A stretch of 64,000 nucleotides of DNA from Nitrososphaerales archaeon (GTDB taxonomy: Archaea > Thermoproteota > Nitrososphaeria > Nitrososphaerales > UBA213): positions 928,001 through 992,000 of the forward strand of contig CBDAOC010000020.1 in assembly GCA_965197925.1 (NCBI GenBank), in the 5' to 3' direction. Made by a program: the position numbers and the translations under genes. This document shows positions 21,273 through 30,633 of the stretch, piece after piece; the first letter of the stretch is position 1, and every line of letters begins with the position of its first letter. The notes beneath the pieces were generated by a model. That model worked only from the letters and a program-made list of their open reading frames with translations, was not told the origin of the DNA and did not search any database.

Positions 21273-21836
21273 ATGGCACAAATGCCAGCATTAATTCCGA
21301 AAGAGGTAGAGATACAGAGACTGAAGAAAGTAATGATCATGATTATCGTTCTCGGATCCGTTGCTGCTTCGGTTGAAGTCGATAACTTCGTTGACGGTTC
21401 ATTACACCAAACTTCGATCAGAGATTCAGCATTCACACCAGCGCATTGGTGGCTCTACAGTCACTTTGTGGCTTTGCCATTGGGTTGGGGCGCTGTGATG
21501 ATATATGACCGGAGAATTCCATCACTACGCGGTCCAAACAATACAGTGAACACCGGTCTGAAGATAACCGTTATCGGTTACCTTGGAACTATGTTCACAA
21601 TCGGTATCAACGAGATGTGGCACTTTTGGTTTGTTGAGGAAATCTTTGCTGTGCCCAACCACTGGTCATTCAACATGGGTGTCGTTCTGGCATTCATGGG
21701 TGCATTGGGTTATGTGGTCAGAGTCTATGCTCGTATGATAGAGCTTGGTGTGGAAACACCACCGAGGAACCCATACGTAGCAGAGATGTACAAGATGGCT
21801 TTAGAGGGCAAACTTTACAGTAGAAGCATACCATAA
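21273..21836 (+). CDS. amoC: Ammonia monooxygenase subunit C
   Basis: MAQMPALIPKEVEIQRLKK start; DGSLHQTSIRDSAFTPAH and NEMWHFWFVEEIFAVPNHW metal-site motifs. Confidence 0.98.
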   Translation: MAQMPALIPKEVEIQRLKKVMIMIIVLGSVAASVEVDNFVDGSLHQTSIRDSAFTPAHWWLYSHFVALPLGWGAVMIYDRRIPSLRGPNNTVNTGLKITVIGYLGTMFTIGINEMWHFWFVEEIFAVPNHWSFNMGVVLAFMGALGYVVRVYARMIELGVETPPRNPYVAEMYKMALEGKLYSRSIP

Positions 21837-21855
21837 GCGTGCTAGATAAAACCCC

Positions 21856-21880
21856 GTCCCCAAGTGGGACTCTTTTGTTT
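21856..21880 (+). terminator. Putative hairpin plus T-tract terminator after amoC
   Basis: GTCCC-CAAGT-GGGAC followed by TCTTTTGTTT. Confidence 0.45.
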
Positions 21881-22108
21881 GTTAAAGCCAACGTGAGTTA
21901 AGTTTGCTATTTTGGTTCAACAACATAATTCATGTTCGTAGGGTTGAATATTCAAGAATTTTAAGGTCTTATCATTTCTTGGCCCAAATTCTCTGGAATC
22001 TACTATAGTTTGAAAATACTCATGAATATATACATTCTAATATTAAACATATTTTTTTATGGAATCCCCACAGTAATATTTAAAAACCATTTGACTTGTA
22101 ATAGTCAT

Positions 22109-22366
22109 ATGTCTAGAGAAGCTCCAAGGGATGAAGTTGAAAGGATGATTGGAAAAAGAGTGGAGAACATGAAGGGGGTTTTCATAGTGGGATTCATATT
22201 GGCTTGGGCTGCGTTAGCAGTTGGTATTTATGTAGGAGTTACTTACTATCCATGGGCATATGCGTTCAAAAGTGGAATGTTTGCACTTGTTGTGCTGACA
22301 ATTATAGAGGCATTAGGATTCCTCTTCATCTGGAAGATAGCAATGGAGAAGCCAGTAAATCCTTAG
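22109..22366 (+). CDS. amoX: Ammonia monooxygenase subunit AmoX
   Basis: 85 aa, two TM helices, MIGKRVENMKG...YPWAY...SGMFAL, directly upstream of amoA. Start placed at ATG 22109. Confidence 0.88.
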   Translation: MSREAPRDEVERMIGKRVENMKGVFIVGFILAWAALAVGIYVGVTYYPWAYAFKSGMFALVVLTIIEALGFLFIWKIAMEKPVNP

Positions 22367-22501
22367 ACGAAGAATTTTTTATCATAGAATTTCTTATTTT
22401 ATTAAAAATAGATCTAGAATATATTATTTTAGATGCCTTTAGTAATAGGCAATAAAGAGTCATAAAATCTTATATAATGGTCTTCAGGCATTAGTTCTAA
22501 T

Positions 22502-23152
22502 ATGGTCTGGATGCGACGCTGTGTGCACTACCTATTCATAGTAGTGGTTGCAGTAAACTCAACACTACTGACTATAAATGCTGGTGACTACATATTCTAT
22601 ACAGACTGGGCATGGACATCCTTTGTTATATTCAATCTTTCTCAATCAACGATGCTCGCAGTAGGAGCGGTATACTACCTGACATTCACAGGGGTGCCAG
22701 GTACAGCGACGTATTATGCCACTATAATGACGATATATACTTGGGTTGCCAAAGGTGCTTGGTTAGCGTTAGGGTATCCATATGATTTCATAGTTACACC
22801 TGTTTGGATACCGAGTGCGATGTTGTTGGACCTTGTGTACTGGTCAACTAAGAAGAATAAACATGCAACAATACTGATAGGCGGTGTGCTGATAGGAATG
22901 ACAATGCCGCTCTTTAATATGATGAACTTGATTTTAGTAGCTGATCCCTTGGAAATGGCATTCAAGTACCCGAGACCTACACTGCCTCCGTACATGACGC
23001 CTATAGAACCCCAAGTAGGAAAGTTCTATAATAGTCCGGTGGCTCTTGGGGCGGGTATTAGTGCAGTATTATCGGTGCCTTTGGCTGCATTAGGGGCGAA
23101 GCTAACGACATGGACGTATAGATGGGCGGCTGCTTGGAGCAAGTGGGACTAA
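22502..23152 (+). CDS. amoA: Ammonia monooxygenase subunit A
   Basis: 216 aa; NSTLLTINAGDYIFYTDWAWTS, FKYPRPTLPPYMTPIEPQVGKFYNSP, C-terminal WSKWD. Confidence 0.99.
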   Translation: MVWMRRCVHYLFIVVVAVNSTLLTINAGDYIFYTDWAWTSFVIFNLSQSTMLAVGAVYYLTFTGVPGTATYYATIMTIYTWVAKGAWLALGYPYDFIVTPVWIPSAMLLDLVYWSTKKNKHATILIGGVLIGMTMPLFNMMNLILVADPLEMAFKYPRPTLPPYMTPIEPQVGKFYNSPVALGAGISAVLSVPLAALGAKLTTWTYRWAAAWSKWD

Positions 23153-23226
23153 AAACCCCCTTTTTTAATTTTTATAGTAATACTGCATGTTTTTCAAATG
23201 GTTAATTTTCAAATGGTTAATAATCG

Positions 23227-23427
23227 ATGTCCATTAATCGGGGTATGAAGAAATTCTATCCTAAACCTCAAAGTTGTAATATATGTAATGCTAATTTGCT
23301 TGAGATGGAATCGGAAAACTTTTCTGTACTTGTAAAAGAAAATGAGAAATTGGTAGGTCATTCTCCAGTTTTAACCAAGTATGAATGTACTCAATGTGGG
23401 GATGAAATGGATCCTAAAGCACCCTGA
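23227..23427 (+). CDS. Small zinc-ribbon protein
   Basis: CNIC ... CTQCG motif pair. Confidence 0.6.
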   Translation: MSINRGMKKFYPKPQSCNICNANLLEMESENFSVLVKENEKLVGHSPVLTKYECTQCGDEMDPKAP

Positions 23428-23494
23428 TAAATGGGAAAAAATTTAGGTTATGTACTGATTAGTTATCTTATTCAAATTAAAGAAAAATAATTTT

Positions 23495-23698
23495 TTATCG
23501 GCTCTTAGTGGCTGAAACTACAATAAACACTGCTAGTCCTACACCAAGTCCTACCATCAGCGGCACAAAAGCCTTCAATGATTCACTCAAAAAGGCCTCC
23601 TGTCCCTTTAACTCCTGTCCGAAAGCACTTTCAAAGGCAAATGATACAATAACCAGCCCAAGCAAAGTCAACAACAAATTTCTCCGCAAGCCCTTCAT
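23495..23698 (-). CDS. Small membrane protein (signal peptide plus C-terminal TM helix)
   Basis: 67 aa, two hydrophobic segments, AFG|Q cleavage-like site, TATA-like sequence ~25 bp upstream. Confidence 0.6.
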   Translation of the reverse strand: MKGLRRNLLLTLLGLVIVSFAFESAFGQELKGQEAFLSESLKAFVPLMVGLGVGLAVFIVVSATKSR

Positions 23699-23849
23699 CG
23701 TATAGGTATCTGTAGAGGTATAATATAACTATGATGGTCTTAACGAAAACAGGTATACATCTGTAACCATTAGATGAGAGTTGCCATTTAAGCGAGAATA
23801 AAATTTATCTAGTTTAATTGTAGAGTAGTCACTCAATCAAATATTGATG

Positions 23850-23937
23850 AGCCTCGGGCGGGATTCGGACCCGCGACCTCTTCCTTACCAAGGAAGCGCT
23901 TTGACCATTAATTCTAGCCAGGCTGAGCTACCGAGGC
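23850..23937 (-). tRNA. tRNA-Thr(GGT) with a ~13-nt non-canonical intron in the D-arm
   Basis: Acceptor GCCTCGG/CCGAGGC, anticodon arm CTTCC-TTGGTAA-GGAAG, T-arm GCGGG-TCCGAAT-CCCGC; removing ~23901-23913 restores the D-stem GCTC/GAGC. Confidence 0.92.
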
Positions 23938-24247
23938 ATGAAGAACTCGCTTATTTGGATAACTTATTAACTTTCCTAGATCAGACTTGTTATTCAGTTC
24001 ACTGCAGAGTTTTCTTCTCATCTTTAATCCATATTAATATCATGGATGATCCTGCAAAGACTTGTAATCATCGTAGAGAAGTTCACCTTCTGGAAACCTT
24101 GCAAGATTCCTCCCCCTTTTTGGTTCCAGCTATATGATCTACTAAGCTATATGTTCATGCAACACATAATCTATGCCTTGTGAAGACAAAGAGGTTTCCG
24201 TGTGTGTTAAAAGGTTTAAGTTATGACTTGCGAGTTAGTCTAGTGTC

Positions 24248-24365
24248 GCGGGGGTTGCCGAGCCTGGCCAAAGAGGCTAGAAAAATTGGAAGCGCGGGAC
24301 TTAAGATCTTAGAATGGGTGATCCCGTCTCTTAGGAGTTCGTGGGTTCGACTCCCACCCCCCGCA
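24248..24365 (+). tRNA. tRNA-Leu(TAA) with two introns (~24274-24291 in the D-arm; 24306-24320 at canonical 37/38)
   Basis: Acceptor GCGGGGG/CCCCCGC-A, anticodon stem CGGGA/TCCCG, long variable arm, T-arm GTGGG-TTCGACT-CCCAC; spliced length 85 nt. Confidence 0.92.
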
Positions 24366-25019
24366 CGTTTAATGAGTCAACCCTATCGACTATTTCCAAA
24401 ACCATTCATTTTCTATTGTTAATGTTTGAGTATCAATCATGGTAGAATTTCTTACTCCAAATATGAGCAAAGAGCAGGGAGCACCTGCATGGAGAGGTTA
24501 AATAAGATCTTGAGGTTTACTGGACTTCCTGATAAGATTAAGAACTTGATTTACAGCCCTAGTTTAGAAGAAATCAATAAGACCAAAAAAGAAATCTATA
24601 TGAAATTACAGGGTTCATCCTAGTTAAACATGCCAAGATTTCAAATCAGCATAGGCATAAGAATAATCATGAAATCACCCTAAAGAAATGTGCATCATTT
24701 AATAATTAGGGTTAATATGCAGGCAAGAATTTTGCGAATGACATGCTCCCTATGTCATATTTTCATGCCCACATACTAACATCGGTTTGGTACTTCAAGA
24801 TTCCTATTTAGATAAGGTAATAAATCTCTTTTGATGTCCATTGGATGTACACTGCCATCTTCAATATGCTAGGTTAATATGTACAATAAGAAATTTCGTC
24901 CCTAATAGTTACACTATAATCATATCACACACATTCGATCAAATCTTCGATTACTGCTTTTTCATATCTAGAAAGTGTTGCAAGGCAAAGCTAAAATGGT
25001 TAAATGTTCATCTGTTCAT

Positions 25020-26000
25020 ATGCAAAAACCAAGATTGTATGTGACAAAGAATTTACCGAGAGCTGAAGAGATTCTTGAAAAATCTTGCAAGCTTACGGTA
25101 TATAGGGGAAGAGCTCCACTGAACAAGAAAGAGATAATCAAAAATATCATGGATAAGGAGGGTCTTCTTTGCTCCTTCTCAGATCCCATTGACGGCGAAG
25201 TTATAGGTTGTGCAGAGAAACTTAAGGTAATAAGTTCCTACAGTGTAGGATATGATCATATAGACATAGATGTTGCAACGAGGCAAGGTATATGCGTGAC
25301 CCATACACCAGAAGTTTTAACTGAAACCACAGCAGACCTGGCATTTGCTCTTCTGATTGCAGTTGCTAGGCGAATTGCGGAAAGTGATGCTTTTGTTAGA
25401 AAAGGAAGATGGCGTAGCGGTTGGAGGTATGATTTTATGTTGGGCAGTGATGTTTATGGAAAGACGTTGGGTATAGTCGGGTTAGGTAGAATAGGATCAG
25501 CAGTTGCAAACCGTGCTAATGGTTTTAATATGAAAGTACTTTATCACAACAGGCAAAAACTAGCTCTTAAAAGGGAGAAGGAATTAGCAGTTGAGTACAG
25601 ATCTCTAGATGATCTTCTGAAGGAGAGCGATTTTGTCAGCATTCACCTACCATTGACTAGTGATACTTTTCATCTATTGAATGAAAAGAAACTGAAACTA
25701 ATGAAACCAACTTCATATTTGATAAACACTGCAAGAGGTTCTGTGATAGATGAAAAAGCATTGGTTAAGGTCTTGAAACAGAAAGTGATAGCGGGTGCGG
25801 GATTAGATGTTTTCGAGAAAGAACCACTCTTAAGAAATCATAAATTATTGAAAATGAATAACATTGTTGTTGCCCCCCATATAGGGAGTGCAACTATAGA
25901 AACTAGAGAAAAGATGGCTGAGGTGGCGGCTTTTAACCTACTAAATGTACTAAATGGGATAAAGCCTCTTCACACTGTTAACCCAGAGACCATTTCTTAG
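25020..26000 (+). CDS. D-2-hydroxyacid dehydrogenase (glyoxylate reductase-like)
   Basis: SVGYDHID, GIVGLGRIG Rossmann motif, INTARG, LDVFEKEP, PHIGSAT. Confidence 0.92.
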   Translation: MQKPRLYVTKNLPRAEEILEKSCKLTVYRGRAPLNKKEIIKNIMDKEGLLCSFSDPIDGEVIGCAEKLKVISSYSVGYDHIDIDVATRQGICVTHTPEVLTETTADLAFALLIAVARRIAESDAFVRKGRWRSGWRYDFMLGSDVYGKTLGIVGLGRIGSAVANRANGFNMKVLYHNRQKLALKREKELAVEYRSLDDLLKESDFVSIHLPLTSDTFHLLNEKKLKLMKPTSYLINTARGSVIDEKALVKVLKQKVIAGAGLDVFEKEPLLRNHKLLKMNNIVVAPHIGSATIETREKMAEVAAFNLLNVLNGIKPLHTVNPETIS

Positions 26001-26001
26001 T

Positions 26002-26391
26002 TTATCTATCTAATTGAATTACAGCCTTAGAACCATATTTTTTGAATATGCTATCATATCGTTCTACTCGTTCCTTTATTGGACTTCCAATTTCATCATA
26101 CATTTTTGTGAAAAATGCTGCAGTAAGTCTATCGCCTTTTGAGTCAATCAATCTTATGCTGTAGCTAATTCTGTCCTTCTTGTCTTCTCTGACGAATCTT
26201 ACTTCTTTAACTTCATTCTTGTCTATATGCATATGGCATGGACCACTGTTATCGCCAATTGTTATCCAGTTCTCTCTCACTTTAAAGGGAAGTTCATTAG
26301 TAATTCGCATCTCAATCACAACACCCCCCGTGTTCGCTGACATCAGTATATTTTCTTCATTGAGTATATCTCTTAACAAATTTTCGAGCAT
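26002..26391 (-). CDS. ChuX/HutX-like putative heme-binding protein
   Basis: GVVIEM...HMHIDKNEVKEVRFV...SYSIRLIDSKGD...FF pattern. Start placed at ATG 26391. Confidence 0.65.
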   Translation of the reverse strand: MLENLLRDILNEENILMSANTGGVVIEMRITNELPFKVRENWITIGDNSGPCHMHIDKNEVKEVRFVREDKKDRISYSIRLIDSKGDRLTAAFFTKMYDEIGSPIKERVERYDSIFKKYGSKAVIQLDR

Positions 26392-26508
26392 GCTAAGAAT
26401 CTCTGGCCGGGATCTTAAATAATATGCGGTTCGATTCAAATAATAATAATTATTTTCCTCTTATTGCTTGAATGAAGTTGCTACACAGTTCTAAATGTAT
26501 AATTAGTT

Positions 26509-27590
26509 TAGGCTTGGGCGTAATTTAGTTCGAAATGATAAGAACAGATTCCATTTTTTATTTGTGATGTATTTAATTCAAACTCTACTTCGTATATTAT
26601 TTTTGATTGATTTGGTTCCTCAGCCAAAACCTAATAAGAAGAGGGAGACCCTTCTACTATTCACTAACAGTAATGCTAAGGTGCTTCATCGTAACAATGT
26701 GGCTAAGACTTCCTAGCAATAATCTATTACATCAATATTCTTCGTTAGATATTGCATACGACAGGAGAGTTATGCAATCAGGTGATCTTGATAGGTTGCC
26801 AGATAGAAGAATATTCTACAGAAGGAACAAGACCATATCGTATGACATAAAGTCAAGAATAGATGTAATGGTTATGTTTGTGAGGGAAGAATTGGTAGAT
26901 CCATTCATTGTATCTGCTGATAGTTGTATATTGAAAAAAGAATGTGTATGGCACAAATCAAGCATGATAAAGAATATTATTCCTTACACTGGAATAGATA
27001 TAGATGCAAGATGGGGCTACGGCAAAACCAAGGGATGGATATTTGGATACAAGCTGTATATGACATCTAGTGGAGGTTCATCGATTGTACCATTATCTGC
27101 TGAACTCACTACTGCCAATATTCGTGATGATAATATCTATCAGAGTATAACAGCATCCATTGGCAGAAGGAATTAGGTACGTTGCTGCAGATGAGGGATA
27201 TGATAACTATGAATTATATCAGTTCAGCAAGTACAGGGTTCCTTCTCGTATTCCCTATAGAAAGAAGTTACAAGCATACAAAGCATGATAGGCTAGCATT
27301 ATTACAGTTCTATCAATCGGAATTTGAGCAGCGTGTATATTCGCAAAGAAGCATAAGCGTTGAGCCATTGATAGAGCATATGAAGGATGTATTTACCATA
27401 GATCCATTGCCAGTTAGAGGATTTGATAAAGCTAGGAGCATCGTTCTGATTTCTATATTGCTATACCAGCTGATGGTATACTACAACTACTTGACAGGAA
27501 GACCATTAAGGGCATTGAAGCACATGTTGGGAAGTTAATCAATCAGAGGCATCAAGTTATTTTTGTTATATGGAATAATGCCCATGCCTC
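26509..27590 (+). mobile_element. DDE IS (IS982/IS5-like), frameshifted transposase
   Basis: Ends TAGGCTTGGGCG / GCCCATGCCTC, 8-bp target duplication AATTAGTT, DARWG...GWIFGYKL motif. Confidence 0.88.
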
Positions 27591-27596
27591 AATTAG

Positions 27597-27923
27597 TTAT
27601 TGGTTTGTTATAGGACCAGGAAATGAGGTACCAGATTCAGAATTAGGTAAAGACCCATCATCGTCATTATTATTGTTCATTTCTTCATTTCCCCACTCAA
27701 CACATGGCAAAATTCTGGTTTCCGTAACTCCCTTAATCACCTGTATCTTTCGCATCACAAATTCGTAAATAGCTCTAAAGTCATTCTCTTCAACTGCTGC
27801 AAAAACATCGCACTTGTCAGAAACCGCATACGCCTCAATCACACCTTCGATCTGTCTAATAAACTCAGCCGATGCTATTACATCTCTACCAGATTCTATA
27901 TTAATCTCAACATAAGCTCGCAT
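27597..27923 (-). CDS. Lrp/AsnC ligand-binding (RAM) domain protein
   Basis: MRAYVEINIESG...IEGVIEAYAV...IQVIKGVTETRIL. Confidence 0.8.
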   Translation of the reverse strand: MRAYVEINIESGRDVIASAEFIRQIEGVIEAYAVSDKCDVFAAVEENDFRAIYEFVMRKIQVIKGVTETRILPCVEWGNEEMNNNNDDDGSLPNSESGTSFPGPITNQ

Positions 27924-28033
27924 AGACCAGTTCAGTAGAATCTATTATGGTGTAGAATAAAAGTATAAAGATAAAAAAAGATTCATCCAAGATGATTAAG
28001 CTTTATAAGTGAAAAATTCTGCATCGGAATCAA

Positions 28034-28507
28034 ATGGCAGTTGTGAATAAGCACAGTCCCTTTGGCATAGGAGTAATAGCCTTTTTGATAGCAGTTGGTG
28101 TTAGCATAGGGTTCTACCAGTTTGCTTACCTTCCTGTAATCACTGCCAAACCTCAGATTCCTGAAGATATACTTGAACCGAAAGAAACATCAGAAATTAG
28201 GATCATTTCAGGCTCTTTCAGTCCAGAACAAGATGACAGTTATATACCGAAACGAGTCGAACTTTATCTCGGTTTGAATAACAAAGTTGTGTGGATCAAC
28301 GAGGATGAAATAGGACACACTATAACTACAGACAACGATTCTGAAGACCAGTTTAGTGGACGGTTTGATTCCCTTGATATTATGGGGATCCTGAAACCAG
28401 GAGAGACCTACGAATTCCTATTCACTCAGGAAGGAGAGTTTCCATACCATTGTGAGCCACATCCCTGGATGAAGGGTGTAGTTAAGGTCATTAAACAAAA
28501 ATTCTAG
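28034..28507 (+). CDS. Membrane-anchored cupredoxin (plastocyanin-like)
   Basis: N-terminal TM helix; WINED..GHTIT and YHCEPHPWMKG type-1 Cu ligands. Confidence 0.9.
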   Translation: MAVVNKHSPFGIGVIAFLIAVGVSIGFYQFAYLPVITAKPQIPEDILEPKETSEIRIISGSFSPEQDDSYIPKRVELYLGLNNKVVWINEDEIGHTITTDNDSEDQFSGRFDSLDIMGILKPGETYEFLFTQEGEFPYHCEPHPWMKGVVKVIKQKF

Positions 28508-28593
28508 ACCTATTCTCACATCCAACAAATTCTTAAAAAGATGAGAGCTAAGGGCGAATGATTTATTATTTAGATTAGAGGTGTAACGAGTAT

Positions 28594-30009
28594 ATGGTTT
28601 ATATGCAGAAAGCAGTTACTCTTTGTTTACTCCTACTAACAGGTAGTCTTGGGTTCAACACTGCGGACGCTACCACCAATACTACTGTAAGACTAGACAG
28701 CTTAGCTGGATATCCAACTACGCAGGGGGACACGATGATCTTCAGTGGAAGATTTGTCAAAGGGGCAACTGATACTGGTATTCAGAATTCTACAATCAAT
28801 ATTCTACACCAAATATCTTATAGTAATTCTAAAATTATTGCAACAGGGTTAACAGATGCTAACGGGTACTATTCGATCCCATGGATTGTTGATGTGGTGA
28901 AGATCGCCCCTGAAATTGGGGGCTCTTCAGGCTCAACATCAAAACAAGGGGAGGTGCAACGGATCCAAGTAAAGGTCATTGCTCAGTTTGATGGTGATGA
29001 AGAGTTTATCCGTTCAACAAGCAACGCTCAATCATTCGAAGTCAGGCTAAACCGGCTCAAGATTTTTGTAGAAAGGAAGCCAGTGTATCTAGCTTTTGAA
29101 AGTTTTACCCTTCGACTGCGTATTGTGGATGATGGAGAAAACCTAATTGATCCCGACAGTTTAATTGTGCGCTTCGATAATAGAGTGATTGAGCTTGTTT
29201 ATGAAAGCATTGGAATCTATTCATTTAGGATTTCATCACTAAATCCTGGACCACATTCTCTAGCGGCAGTAGCTGAAAAGGCAGGTCATGTGACCGATGA
29301 CCAGTTGGTTACTATAGAGGGAATTAAGCGTAATACTGAGCTATCTATTACTACTGACAAGCCTACGTATAAGCGTGGGGAGAATGTCATTATAACTACC
29401 GACCTGATAGACACAAGCGCCAATGTATTCGTTTTTGAAAAGGAAATATCAGCATCTCTTACATCTCCAACTCTTAGGGGCAGTACACTAGCGGTCGTTG
29501 ATGGCAGGGCAACTTACAAGGTAAGTGATTTTGATCCAATTGGTTCATGGTCAATCAGAGCCAGTTTTGCAGGTGACATCGCGTACTCAAAATCATCGAA
29601 TACGTTTTCATTCATGGTTGAAGAAGGAACAGGTATTGCATTTGATGACAAGGACCTAGTTGGGGAGAAAGTTTCGCTTGGAAGAATAGGTCTTGTGGAT
29701 CAGACCGGTTCAGAACTCAGTAATGTATCTACAGGCCAGCAAGTTATGATACAGACCAAAATGACCAGCAATATTGCCTCAAGTGAAGAGGTAGCATACA
29801 TTAGTCAGGTGAAAGATGCTGATGGTATTACAGTCTCGATCTCGTGGATAACAGGAACGATTTCTCCTGGCCAGTCACTTGAATTAGCAATTTCTTGGTT
29901 ACCCGACGAACCAGGGAGGTATAATGCAGAAGTCTTTGTTTGGAGTGACATAATAAGCCCTGAGCCACTTTCAAATGAAGTTAAACGTGCAACAATACTT
30001 GTGAAGTAA
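28594..30009 (+). CDS. Secreted multi Ig-like domain surface protein
   Basis: Signal peptide, TDANGYYSIPW and TDKPTYKRGE Ig-like motifs, C-terminal YISQVKDADG...SWLPDEPGRY...FVWS domain. Confidence 0.7.
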   Translation: MVYMQKAVTLCLLLLTGSLGFNTADATTNTTVRLDSLAGYPTTQGDTMIFSGRFVKGATDTGIQNSTINILHQISYSNSKIIATGLTDANGYYSIPWIVDVVKIAPEIGGSSGSTSKQGEVQRIQVKVIAQFDGDEEFIRSTSNAQSFEVRLNRLKIFVERKPVYLAFESFTLRLRIVDDGENLIDPDSLIVRFDNRVIELVYESIGIYSFRISSLNPGPHSLAAVAEKAGHVTDDQLVTIEGIKRNTELSITTDKPTYKRGENVIITTDLIDTSANVFVFEKEISASLTSPTLRGSTLAVVDGRATYKVSDFDPIGSWSIRASFAGDIAYSKSSNTFSFMVEEGTGIAFDDKDLVGEKVSLGRIGLVDQTGSELSNVSTGQQVMIQTKMTSNIASSEEVAYISQVKDADGITVSISWITGTISPGQSLELAISWLPDEPGRYNAEVFVWSDIISPEPLSNEVKRATILVK

Positions 30010-30097
30010 CCAGAAGAAGCTCTATTAATAGTTCAAATTTAAAGATGAATAGACTTTAAAAAAAGTAAAATGGATTAAAACTACAAGCCGATCCTCC

Positions 30098-30625
30098 CTA
30101 TGTCAATTAACAGTACCACAAACAAGCTATGTCAATTAACAGTACCACAAACAAGCTATGTCAATTAACAGTACCACAAACAAGCTATGTCAATTAACAG
30201 TACCACAAACAAGCTATGTCAATTAACAGTACCACAAACAAGCTATGTCAATTAACAGTACCACAAACAAGCTATGTCAATTAACAGTACCACAAACAAG
30301 CTATGTCAATTAACAGTACCACAAACAAGCTATGTCAATTAACAGTACCACAAACAAGCTATGTCAATTAACAGTACCACAAACAAGCTATGTCAATTAA
30401 CAGTACCACAAACAAGCTATGTCAATTAACAGTACCACAAACAAGCTATGTCAATTAACAGTACCACAAACAAGCTATGTCAATTAACAGTACCACAAAC
30501 AAGCTATGTCAATTAACAGTACCACAAACAAGCTATGTCAATTAACAGTACCACAAACAAGCTATGTCAATTAACAGTACCACAAACAAGCTATGTCAAT
30601 TAACAGTACCACAAACAAGCTATGT
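30098..30625. repeat. Perfect tandem array, 18 x 29 bp plus 6 bp
   Basis: Unit CTATGTCAATTAACAGTACCACAAACAAG repeated head to tail with no spacers and no variants seen. Confidence 0.97.
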
Positions 30626-30633
30626 ACAACTTA

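Noticed and set aside
23844..24422. ORFs 23844..24137 and 24180..24422 as proteins
   Set aside because: They overlap well-formed tRNA genes.
30098..30625. CRISPR array
   Set aside because: Units are head to tail with no spacers, and no cas genes are in the window.
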